A stretch of DNA of 64,000 nucleotides from Acidobacteriota bacterium. GTDB taxonomy: Bacteria; Acidobacteriota; Vicinamibacteria; Fen-336. Of this stretch, positions 45,585 to 53,876 are shown piece by piece. Position 1 is the first letter of the stretch. Each line of letters starts with the position of its first letter. The notes beneath the pieces were generated by a model. It saw only the letters and a program-made list of their open reading frames with translations, was not told where the DNA came from and did not search any database. Location of the stretch: positions 801 to 64,800 of the forward strand of contig JAJDNV010000090.1 in NCBI GenBank assembly GCA_022340545.1, read 5' to 3'. A program made the translations under genes and the position numbers.

Positions 45585-47140
45585 GCGTCCTGAACCAGCA
45601 CCTGCTCAGCGTCCTCATCTTCCTGCCCGTGGTGGGTGCGGTCGCCATCGCCCTCAGCCGGCGCGAGTCGGAGACGCTCCAGAAGATCCTCGGCCTCGTC
45701 TTCTCGACCGCGGGCTTCGCCCTGTCCCTCCTCCTGGTGCGGGGCTTCCAGGACGTGGCCGGCATGCAGTTCGTGGAGAGGGGGCGGTGGATCCCGGCCT
45801 GGGGAATCTCCTACGCCGTCGGCGTGGACGGCCTGTCTCTGTGGCTGGTGATCCTGACCACGTTCCTCACCCCGCTCGCCCTCTTGGGCTCCTGGAGCTC
45901 CATCGACCGGCGGGTCAAGGAGTTCGTCGTCTTCATGCTGCTGCTCGAGGCGGGGATGATCGGGGTCTTCGTGGCCCTCGACCTCTTCCTCTTCTACGTC
46001 TTCTGGGAGGCGATGCTGATCCCGATGTACTTCCTCATCGGGATCTGGGGGCACGAGAGGCGCATCTACGCCGCGGTGAAGTTCTTCCTCTTCACCTTCG
46101 CCGGCAGCGTGCTCATGCTGGTCGCGTTCCTGGTCCTATACCGGACCGCTGGCGTGGGCAGCTTCGATCTCGCGGTGCTCGTCGCTGCGCCCGTCGACCC
46201 CGCCCTGCAGGTCTGGCTGTTCCTCGCCTGCGCGCTGGCCTTCGCCATCAAGGTTCCGATGTTCCCGTTCCACACGTGGCTCCCCGACGCCCACGTCGAG
46301 GCCCCCACCGCGGGCTCGGTGATCCTGGCCGGGGTGCTGCTCAAGATGGGGGGCTACGGCTTCCTGCGGATCGCCATCCCGCTCTTTCCCGAGGCGGCGG
46401 TGCGTTTCGCCCCCCTGATCGGCGTCCTGGCCGTCATCGGGATCATCTACGGGGCCCTCGTCGCGCTGGTGCAGCCCGACCTCAAGAAGCTCGTGGCGTA
46501 CTCGTCGGTCGCCCACCTCGGCTTCGTGATGCTCGGCATCGCCGCCTTCACGACCACCGGTCTGGTTGGATCCGTCTACCAGATGCTGAACCATGGTATC
46601 TCGACCGGGGCGCTCTTCTTCCTGGTGGGGATGCTCTACGACCGACGCCACACCCGGCTCATCTCGGAGTTCGGGGGCCTCAAGGCGATCATCCCCTGGT
46701 ACACCGCGGTCTTTCTCATGATCAGCCTCTCCTCGATCGCCATGCCCGGTTTCAACGGCTTCGTGGGCGAGTTCCTGATCCTCGTGGGCTCCTGGCCCTT
46801 CAGCCCGACGCTGGTGGTGCTTGCCTCCCTGGGCGTCATCCTGGCCGCCGGCTACATCCTCTGGATGGTGAAGCGCGTGTTCTACGGTGAGCCCACCAAC
46901 CCGAAGAACGAGAAGCTCCCCGACCTCAGTCTCCGGGAGGCGGCCGTCCTCGTGCCCCTCGTCGCCCTCGCCTTCTTCATGGGCGTGGCGAGCCCCCTCT
47001 TCACGAAGCGCATCGAGCCCGCCGCGGACGCCCTCGTGGTGCAGGTGCAGGAGAGGACCCGGCCCATCGCCGCCGCGAGCCTGGGCCCCGTCGCACCGCC
47101 CCGGGCGTCCCGCGCCGACCCCGCGGAGGCCCAGCGGTGA
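45581..47140 (+). CDS. nuoM: NADH-quinone oxidoreductase subunit M
   Basis: 519 aa ND4-like; overlaps nuoL by 4 nt. Confidence 0.9.
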   Translation: MSVLNQHLLSVLIFLPVVGAVAIALSRRESETLQKILGLVFSTAGFALSLLLVRGFQDVAGMQFVERGRWIPAWGISYAVGVDGLSLWLVILTTFLTPLALLGSWSSIDRRVKEFVVFMLLLEAGMIGVFVALDLFLFYVFWEAMLIPMYFLIGIWGHERRIYAAVKFFLFTFAGSVLMLVAFLVLYRTAGVGSFDLAVLVAAPVDPALQVWLFLACALAFAIKVPMFPFHTWLPDAHVEAPTAGSVILAGVLLKMGGYGFLRIAIPLFPEAAVRFAPLIGVLAVIGIIYGALVALVQPDLKKLVAYSSVAHLGFVMLGIAAFTTTGLVGSVYQMLNHGISTGALFFLVGMLYDRRHTRLISEFGGLKAIIPWYTAVFLMISLSSIAMPGFNGFVGEFLILVGSWPFSPTLVVLASLGVILAAGYILWMVKRVFYGEPTNPKNEKLPDLSLREAAVLVPLVALAFFMGVASPLFTKRIEPAADALVVQVQERTRPIAAASLGPVAPPRASRADPAEAQR

Positions 47141-48588
47141 GCGGCGAGCTCGATCTCCGTCCCCTCGTCCCGGCGATCATCGTCGGCGTCACCGGCCTCG
47201 TGGTCCTCCTCGCCCAGGCGTTCACGCCGAAGGACAGGCGGGCTCCCTCGGCGCCGCTCAGCCTCACCGGCCTCCTCGCCGCCCTCGCTGCGGTGTGGCT
47301 CCTGGCCAGCGGGGGCGGCCGCGGGGCGGTCCTGGCGAACGCGGTGAGCGCAGACGCGTACTCCCTCTTCTTCCAGGCACTCCTCCTCGGGATCGCCGCG
47401 GTGGCGGTGCTGCTGTCGCCGTCCTACTTGCGCGCGAACGGGCTCGATCGCGGCGAGTACTACGCGCTGCTGCTCTTCTCGGTGGTGGGGATGCTCGGCC
47501 TGGTGTCGAGCCTCGAGCTCGTGTCGATGTTCGTGGCCCTCGAGATCATGTCCATCGCCCTGTACGGGATGGCGGGGTTGTACCGCAGCCGGATGGAGAG
47601 CCAGGAGGCCGCGCTCAAGTACTTCGTCACCGGGGCGTTCTCTTCTGCCTTCTTCCTGTATGGCGTCGCGCTTCTCTACGGCGTGAGCGGCAGCACGTCG
47701 CTCGACCGCCTGGAGTGGGCGGTGAGCACGCTCACGACGGATTCGGCCGCCCTCGCCCTCCTCGGCGCGGGGATGCTCCTCGTTGGCTTCGGCTTCAAGA
47801 TCGCGAGCGTTCCCTTCCACATGTGGGCGCCCGACGTCTACGAGGGAGCCCCCACCCCCGCGACCGCCCTCATGTCGGCCGGGGTCAAGGCCGCGGCCTT
47901 CGGCGCGCTGCTGCGGGTGTTCGGCTCTGCGCTCCACGCGCTCGCCGGCGAGTGGCAGCCGCTGGTGGCCTCGTTGGCGGTCATCACCATGGTCGTCGGG
48001 AACCTCGCAGCGCTGGCCCAGGGCAACCTGAAGCGCATGCTCGCCTTCTCGTCGGTCGCCCATGCCGGCTACGTGCTCACCGCGCTCGTGGCCAGCCCCG
48101 GCCAGGCCGGGGAGGCGGTGCTGTTCTACCTGGTCGTCTACGGGGCCGTGAACCTCGGCGCCTTCGGGACGATCGCCGCCCTCTCCCGGGAGGGACGCGA
48201 GCCGCTCTCCCTGGGCGACGTGGCCGGAATGGCCGAGCGCCGACCCGCGCTGGCCGCCGCCCTCGCCGTGTTCCTCGTGTCGCTCACCGGCATCCCCGTG
48301 ACCGCGGGGTTCGTGGGCAAGTTCTACCTGTTCAATGCCGCCGTGACCGCGGGCTGGGTGGGGCTCGCCCTCGTGGGCGTGCTGATGAGCGTCGTCTCCG
48401 CCTACTACTACCTGCGGGTCGTGGTGGCGATGTACATGCGCGACCCGCTGGGTGAGGACACCTGGGCGCGCGTGTCGCCATCGGCCACGGTGGCTCTCGC
48501 CCTCTCCGCCGTGATCACGCTCGTCCTCGGGATCTACCCGGCGCCGGTCCTGACCCTGGCCCGCATCGCCGCCCGGTCGCTCCTGTAG
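47137..48588 (+). CDS. nuoN: NADH-quinone oxidoreductase subunit N
   Basis: 483 aa ND2-like; GTG start overlaps nuoM by 4 nt. Confidence 0.9.
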   Translation: MSGELDLRPLVPAIIVGVTGLVVLLAQAFTPKDRRAPSAPLSLTGLLAALAAVWLLASGGGRGAVLANAVSADAYSLFFQALLLGIAAVAVLLSPSYLRANGLDRGEYYALLLFSVVGMLGLVSSLELVSMFVALEIMSIALYGMAGLYRSRMESQEAALKYFVTGAFSSAFFLYGVALLYGVSGSTSLDRLEWAVSTLTTDSAALALLGAGMLLVGFGFKIASVPFHMWAPDVYEGAPTPATALMSAGVKAAAFGALLRVFGSALHALAGEWQPLVASLAVITMVVGNLAALAQGNLKRMLAFSSVAHAGYVLTALVASPGQAGEAVLFYLVVYGAVNLGAFGTIAALSREGREPLSLGDVAGMAERRPALAAALAVFLVSLTGIPVTAGFVGKFYLFNAAVTAGWVGLALVGVLMSVVSAYYYLRVVVAMYMRDPLGEDTWARVSPSATVALALSAVITLVLGIYPAPVLTLARIAARSLL

Positions 48589-48804
48589 GCGGGCTGGTCC
48601 GCGGAGGGGCGCTCCAGAGGTCCGCTACGCGGGGACGCTCGGTTGGGCGTTGGCCTCTTCAACCGGAAGGTGCGCCCGCCCTCGCTCGAATCGCCCCCCA
48701 CGCTTCACGGACATTTCATTGAGGGAGGGGGGCTCCACGCCCCGCTTCGCGGACCCCTGGCGCGCCGGGGCGACGAAAAGGTTGGGCTGGCCACCAGGCC
48801 TAGG

Positions 48805-48925
48805 CTCGCCCGCGTGTCCCCTCCCTGAGGACACGCGGGAGTACGAGGCCTATCTCAAGCATTCCCCTCCCCCTACGTGGGGAGGGATAGGGTGGGGGGT
48901 CGATGACCGATTGTGGCCGCCGAGC
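48805..48925 (+). repeat. Structured intergenic repeat, intermediate form, copy 4 of 4; downstream of nuoN
   Basis: Has the 5' hairpin module plus GCCTATCTCAAG plus the short 3' core (CCCCTCCCCCTACGTGGGGAGGGATAGGGTGGGGGGTCGATGACCGATTGTGGCCGC). Lacks the internal module. Confidence 0.8.
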
Positions 48926-48952
48926 CGCAGGCCTGCGACTGCGCGCGGCGAT

Positions 48953-50353
48953 CTACTGGCTTCGCGAGGCGGCGAGCAGCGCGTCGAGGAGCACCTGCTC
49001 GTCGTCTGGCCGTACAGTGCGCAGGTCCACCAGCAGGCGGTCCTCGGCGACGCGCACGACAACGGGCGGCTTCCCGGCGCGGAGCACGGCGGCGATGCGA
49101 TCCGGGGACAGGGTCGGGTGGGTGAGAGCGATCAGCACCGTCGGAACCCCCACCGTGGGGGCCGCGCCGCCGCCCACCGCGGAGTGGGCCTCGTCCAGCG
49201 AGGGCTGCAGCTCGGTGTCCGCCTCGGCGAGCCGGGAGACGAGGCCCTCGGCGCGTGCGCGGATCTCGTCGACCGGAGTGTGAACCATCCGCAACACGGG
49301 GATGGTGGAGGCCGCCCGCCCCGCCTCGTGCTCGACGAGGGTCGCGTCGAGAGCGGCCAGCGTCATCTTGTCGACACGCAGGGCGCGGTAGAGAGGGTTC
49401 CGCCGCATCGGCTCGACGAGGGCCCGCTGACCGGCCACGAGCCCGGCCTGGGGACCTCCCAGCAGCTTGTCACCGCTGAAGGTCAGGACCCCGGCCCCCC
49501 CGCGCAGCGCCGCCGGTGCGGTGGCCTCCGGAGCCAGCGCGCCGGGAAGCGGATCCATGAGCCCGCTTCCCTGGTCCTCCATGAGGGGGATGCCGACCTC
49601 CTTCGCCAGGTCGGCCAACTCCTCGATCGAGGGTGCCGCGGTGAAACCCACGATGCGGAAGTTGCTGGGATGCACCTTGAGGATCAACCCCGTCTCGGAG
49701 GTGAGGGCGGCCCGAAAATCGGTGATGCGGGTCCGGTTGGTGGTCCCCACCTCGCGCAGCCGGGCCCCGCCCTTGCCGAGGACCTCGGGGATGCGGAAGG
49801 ACCCCCCGATCTCGACCAGCTCTCCCCGGCTCACGAGAACCTCGCGACCTTCGGCGAGCGTGTTCACCGCGAGCAGGACCGCGGCCGCGCAGTTGTTCAC
49901 GACGACGGTGCTCTCAACCCCGAGCATCTCCCGCAGCCGCGACTCGGCATGGACCTCGCGGTTGCCCCGCTCGCCCCGCTCGAGGTCGTACTCGAGGTTG
50001 GAGTAGGAGGAAGCGACGTCCGCGACCCGGGCCGCCGCCGCCGCGGAGAGGGGTGCCCGGCCCAGATTGGTGTGGACCACGACTCCGGTGGCGTTGAGGA
50101 CCGTATCGAGAGAAGGCCGCATTGCCGCCTCGACCCGGGTCCCCACATCGGCCGGGAGCGAGTCCGCAGCCTTCTCGAGCCCCTCCTCTCCCGCATTCGC
50201 ACGGCGGCGCAGCTCCTCGAGGGCGGCGCGGACGTGCCGCAGAACGACCCGTCGGCCATGACGGTCGGCCAGCGCCTGGATCTCCTGGCGCTGCATCACC
50301 TGGTCGACCGCCGGGACGCGGCGGCGAGGGTCGACGTCCGTGGGCGACGCCAT
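48953..50353 (-). CDS. selA: L-seryl-tRNA(Sec) selenium transferase
   Basis: 466 aa from ATG 50353 (MASPTDVDP...). PLP-fold with GSFRIPEVLGKGG and the SelA-characteristic LxxFSGDKLLGGPQAG lysine region. The long track ORF upstream of Met is rejected. Confidence 0.9.
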   Translation of the reverse strand: MASPTDVDPRRRVPAVDQVMQRQEIQALADRHGRRVVLRHVRAALEELRRRANAGEEGLEKAADSLPADVGTRVEAAMRPSLDTVLNATGVVVHTNLGRAPLSAAAAARVADVASSYSNLEYDLERGERGNREVHAESRLREMLGVESTVVVNNCAAAVLLAVNTLAEGREVLVSRGELVEIGGSFRIPEVLGKGGARLREVGTTNRTRITDFRAALTSETGLILKVHPSNFRIVGFTAAPSIEELADLAKEVGIPLMEDQGSGLMDPLPGALAPEATAPAALRGGAGVLTFSGDKLLGGPQAGLVAGQRALVEPMRRNPLYRALRVDKMTLAALDATLVEHEAGRAASTIPVLRMVHTPVDEIRARAEGLVSRLAEADTELQPSLDEAHSAVGGGAAPTVGVPTVLIALTHPTLSPDRIAAVLRAGKPPVVVRVAEDRLLVDLRTVRPDDEQVLLDALLAASRSQ

Positions 50354-50467
50354 GGCATGACTATACACGGAGGCGCGAAGCGGCATCGTTCGTCCGAGCG
50401 GGACGGACCCCTCCGGCGCCCCCGGGGCCGCTCGGGGGGACGCCGCCCCCGTGGTATCCTCGCCGCG

Positions 50468-50875
50468 ATGCGTCGGGAGCGCCCGCAGGACTTCGCGGAT
50501 CGCCTGCCGCGGGTCGTTCCGCGTGCCGAGGACGACGTTTCTCACCTCTCCGACGAGATGGTGGACCTCCTCTATCCTGGTCGCCGGCCCCGGCCCTTCA
50601 GCCTGGGCCTGAGCTTCGAAGCCTTCGAGGGCCCGGGCTACGCGACCGCGGTCGAGCTCGCGCGCCTCTCTCCTGGCTACCGCGAGGAGGACAGCCACGG
50701 GAGCCTGGTCCACCACGCCGAGTTCGACCCCGGCGCCGCGCGAACCCTCCGCGACCTCTTCGATCTGGTGGGGCGGCAGCCCGGCACCGAGGTGCGGGTC
50801 GACGGCAAGAGGGCTCCCTACGGCCACGAGCTCTGGCTGCCGCTGTTCTGGATCTTCGTAGGCGGGGAGGCCTGA
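50468..50875 (+). CDS. Hypothetical protein (135 aa), uncertain
   Basis: ATG 50468 to TGA 50875. It is the only part of the long plus-strand ORF 48650..50875 that is not antisense to selA. No recognisable domain. Confidence 0.3.
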   Translation: MRRERPQDFADRLPRVVPRAEDDVSHLSDEMVDLLYPGRRPRPFSLGLSFEAFEGPGYATAVELARLSPGYREEDSHGSLVHHAEFDPGAARTLRDLFDLVGRQPGTEVRVDGKRAPYGHELWLPLFWIFVGGEA

Positions 50876-50881
50876 TCGACG

Positions 50882-51472
50882 ATGCCCCTCTCCGACGACC
50901 TCGACCAGCTCAACAGCACGATCCGCCAGCTGCAGACGAAGTGGGAGATGTTCTTCACCGGCGTCGAGAAGAAGCCGCCGACCGAGCTGCAGCGGAAGGT
51001 CGAGGGGATCATCCGCCAGTACGCCTTCCAGGAGATCCGCAACAACACCGAGCGGTTCCGGTACCAGAGCCTCACCGCGCGCTACAACACGTTCAACGAG
51101 CTCTGGCAGAAACGCCTGCGCGCACGGGAGGAGGGCAAGGCCTTCGGCGTTCACGGGATGAAGGCGGATGTCCTGCCGCCGCCCGCTCCCGAGCGCGAGC
51201 ACCGAATGCCCGTGGGGGGCGGGGGAACCGGCCGCGAGTTCCGCGTCGCGAACCCGGACGGCGACGACAACGCGGTGCGGGCGCTCTACGATCGCTACGT
51301 TGAAGAGCGCCAGCGCCTCGGCGAGGGGGGTGCCCCTCCCTACGAGAGCTTCCGTCAGCTCATCGGTCAGCAGACCTCGAAGATCCTCGGCGACAAGGAC
51401 GCCAAGGCGGTGGACTTCCGCCTCGATTCCAGCCACGGGAAGGTGTCGCTCAAGGCGCGGATCGTGAAGTGA
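50882..51472 (+). CDS. Conserved hypothetical protein (196 aa), cytoplasmic
   Basis: Clean ATG and non-biased composition (MPLSDDLDQLNSTIRQLQTKWEMFFTGVEKK...ERFRYQSLTARYNTFNELWQKRL). No domain I can name confidently. Confidence 0.5.
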   Translation: MPLSDDLDQLNSTIRQLQTKWEMFFTGVEKKPPTELQRKVEGIIRQYAFQEIRNNTERFRYQSLTARYNTFNELWQKRLRAREEGKAFGVHGMKADVLPPPAPEREHRMPVGGGGTGREFRVANPDGDDNAVRALYDRYVEERQRLGEGGAPPYESFRQLIGQQTSKILGDKDAKAVDFRLDSSHGKVSLKARIVK

Positions 51473-52278
51473 GGGCGGTGAGGCGCGCGCTCCTTCCGAT
51501 CGTCCTGCTCGCCGTGCTTCCCACCGCGGCCACGGCCTGGTCCGTGGAGACGATGACCGCGCTCTCCCGCGACGCCCGCCGCCTCCTGCCCCGCTCCCTT
51601 TCGCGGCTGCTCGGGGAACGCGAGCCACAGATCCAGATCGAGATCGGACGGTTTCCCCCGGACATCGCGAGGGCACTGGCCGCCGACATCCCGGCGGGCC
51701 GGCTGAGACCGGACACGCTGGCCGCCCTGGACTACGAGACGGCCCGCGTCGTGGAGCTGCTGCAGGAGGGTCGGGTGAGCGAAGGACTGGTGCGGCTCGG
51801 AGGCCTGCTCCGGGTGCCGGCCGACCTGGCCGATCCCATTCTGGTGGGCGTGCCCGGGGGATGGCCGCCCGGCGTGTCGCGCGAGTACTACGCGCTCTTC
51901 GACGCCAACCTGGAGAAGGTGCCGGTCGTGCTCGAAGACACGGAGGCGCTCGAGGTCGCACGAGCCGACCTTCCCGCGCTGTGGCAGTCCATTCTCGAAC
52001 GAAGCCGGCCCCAGGCGGTGGTGATCCGCTCCGAGTTCTTTCGCGAAGGCCGTCTGGTGGACCACCGCGGGCTCGACTACCGCTCGCCGGCCTGGGCGGT
52101 GGCCTCGCTCTCCTACTCACGCGCGGTCACCGGCATCGCCGCGACCTGGCTCGCGGTCTGGCGGGAGGCCCGGGGCGACACGACCGGGATGCGGCGCCCC
52201 CGCGAGGTCTCTCCCCGCGATCGCGAGATCACCGCCGAGACCACCATCCCCGAGAACCGGAGGAACGATGACCGCTAG
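51469..52278 (+). CDS. Secreted hypothetical protein with signal peptide
   Basis: GTG start overlaps the previous stop (GTGA). MRAVRRALLPIVLLAVLPTAATAWS signal peptide; 269 aa. Confidence 0.5.
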   Translation: MRAVRRALLPIVLLAVLPTAATAWSVETMTALSRDARRLLPRSLSRLLGEREPQIQIEIGRFPPDIARALAADIPAGRLRPDTLAALDYETARVVELLQEGRVSEGLVRLGGLLRVPADLADPILVGVPGGWPPGVSREYYALFDANLEKVPVVLEDTEALEVARADLPALWQSILERSRPQAVVIRSEFFREGRLVDHRGLDYRSPAWAVASLSYSRAVTGIAATWLAVWREARGDTTGMRRPREVSPRDREITAETTIPENRRNDDR

Positions 52279-53839
52279 AAGAGCGCTCCTGTCCGTGTAC
52301 CGCAAGGAGGGCGTCGTCGACCTCGCCCGCGGCCTGACCGAGAGGGGCTACGAGCTTCTTTCAACCGGGGGCACCGCCGCCGAGCTCAAGAAGGCGGGAG
52401 TGAAGGTGGCCGGAGTCTCGAAGGTGACCGGCTTTCCCGAGATCCTGGACGGTCGCGTGAAGACGCTGCACCCCAAGATCCACGGCGGCATCCTCGCCCG
52501 CCGAGATGTTCCCGTCCATCTCGAGGCGCTGGAGAAGCAGAAGATCGTGCCGATCGACGTGGTAGTGGTCAACCTCTACCCGTTCGAGGACCGGGTGTCG
52601 AAGGGGTGCACCTTCGACGAGGCGGTCGAGAACGTCGACATCGGTGGCCCGACGATGGTGCGGGCGGCGGCCAAGAACTTCGCCCACGTGGCGGTCGTCG
52701 TCGACCCTGCCGACTACGGCCTGCTCCTCGAGCAGCTGGATCGCCCCGACGGGATCGACGCCGCCACCCGCCTCTATCTCGCCCAGAAGGCCTTCCGTCA
52801 CACCGCCCGCTACGAGGCCGCAATCGCTGGCTACTTCGCCCAGGTCGAGGTGAAGGACGGGGCCTACGTGCCGGCGGAGAACGACGACACATTCCCCTAC
52901 CGCCTCAACCCCACCTTCGAGAAGGTGCAGGACCTGCGCTACGGCGAGAACCCCCACCAGAGGGCCGCCTTCTACACCGACCTCGGCTCGACGCTCTACT
53001 CGGTGGCCTCCGCCCGCAAGCTCCAGGGCAAGGAGCTCTCCTTCAACAACATCCTCGACCTCGACGCCGCCTGGCGTCTCGCCACCGAGATGGACGAGAC
53101 GGCCTGCGTGATCGTCAAGCACACCAACCCCTGCGGCACCGGCCTCGGGGAGACCCCGGTCGAGGCCTGCGAGCGGGCCTGGGCCTGCGACCCCACGTCC
53201 GCCTTCGGCGGGATCATCGCGTTCAACGAGCGCGTCGACGAGGCGGCCGCCCGCAAGGCCACCGCCCACTTCGTGGAGGCCATCATCGCCCCCGGCTTCG
53301 ACGCGGCGGCGGTCGAGGTCCTCAAGAAGAAGACCAACCTCCGCGTGATGAACATGGACACCACCAGCATCCACAAGGTGAGCGGCTTCGACCTGCGCCG
53401 GGTCATGGGCGGACTGCTCGCCCAGCAGTGGGACCTCCACCAGCTCGAGCGGGAGCGCTGTGAGGTGGTGACCAAGCGGCCTCCGACCGACGAGGAGTGG
53501 AAGGCACTTCTGTTCGCGTGGACGGTGGTCAAGCACGTCAAGTCCAACGCCATCGTCTACGCCAACGCGGTGCAGACGGTGGGCGTCGGCGCGGGCCAGA
53601 TGAGCCGCGTCGACGCCGCCCGCTTTGCGGCGGCCAAGGCAGAGCTGCCCCTGGCCGGGACGGTGGTCGCCTCGGACGCGTTCTTCCCCTTCCGGGACGG
53701 GATCGACGAGATCGCGAAGGCCGGCGCCACAGCGATCATTCAACCCGGTGGCTCGGTCCGCGACGAGGAGACGATCGCCGCCGCCGACGAGCACGGCCTG
53801 GCCATGGCGTTCACCGGCGTGCGCCACTTTCGACACTAG
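52268..53839 (+). CDS. purH: Bifunctional AICAR transformylase / IMP cyclohydrolase
   Basis: 523 aa. N-terminal MGS-like domain [32 protein letters not shown]-terminal AICARFT domain. Confidence 0.9.
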   Translation: MTARRALLSVYRKEGVVDLARGLTERGYELLSTGGTAAELKKAGVKVAGVSKVTGFPEILDGRVKTLHPKIHGGILARRDVPVHLEALEKQKIVPIDVVVVNLYPFEDRVSKGCTFDEAVENVDIGGPTMVRAAAKNFAHVAVVVDPADYGLLLEQLDRPDGIDAATRLYLAQKAFRHTARYEAAIAGYFAQVEVKDGAYVPAENDDTFPYRLNPTFEKVQDLRYGENPHQRAAFYTDLGSTLYSVASARKLQGKELSFNNILDLDAAWRLATEMDETACVIVKHTNPCGTGLGETPVEACERAWACDPTSAFGGIIAFNERVDEAAARKATAHFVEAIIAPGFDAAAVEVLKKKTNLRVMNMDTTSIHKVSGFDLRRVMGGLLAQQWDLHQLERERCEVVTKRPPTDEEWKALLFAWTVVKHVKSNAIVYANAVQTVGVGAGQMSRVDAARFAAAKAELPLAGTVVASDAFFPFRDGIDEIAKAGATAIIQPGGSVRDEETIAAADEHGLAMAFTGVRHFRH

Positions 53840-53876
53840 CGTCGTGTCGGTGCAGGCGCCCTCCGCGACTTCCTAG

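Noticed and set aside
48589-48804. tRNA-Sec (selC) or SRP/6S-like RNA next to selA.
   Set aside because: A CUUCAAC loop with UCA is present, but no acceptor, anticodon or T-stems or long variable arm can be paired around it. The CCGGAAGG segment does not continue into the conserved SRP AAGCAGCC loop.
18206-48925. The four repeats as a CRISPR array or as IS/transposon ends.
   Set aside because: They are 55-210 bp, not 25-40 bp. They are separated by 2-19 kb of housekeeping genes rather than regular spacers. They are internally hairpin-rich rather than spacer-interrupted, and no cas, transposase or integrase gene is present in the window.
48650-50875. 741-aa plus-strand ORF and other long ORFs antisense to selA, nuoL (43545..45524 -), nuoM/N (46882..48063 -), DUF349 (22622..24508 +) and the GRE (3654..4643 -).
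   Set aside because: They are antisense-frame artefacts with biased R/G/P/H composition and no motifs. Only the 3' 408 nt of 48650..50875 lie outside selA, and that part is kept as a low-confidence hypothetical.
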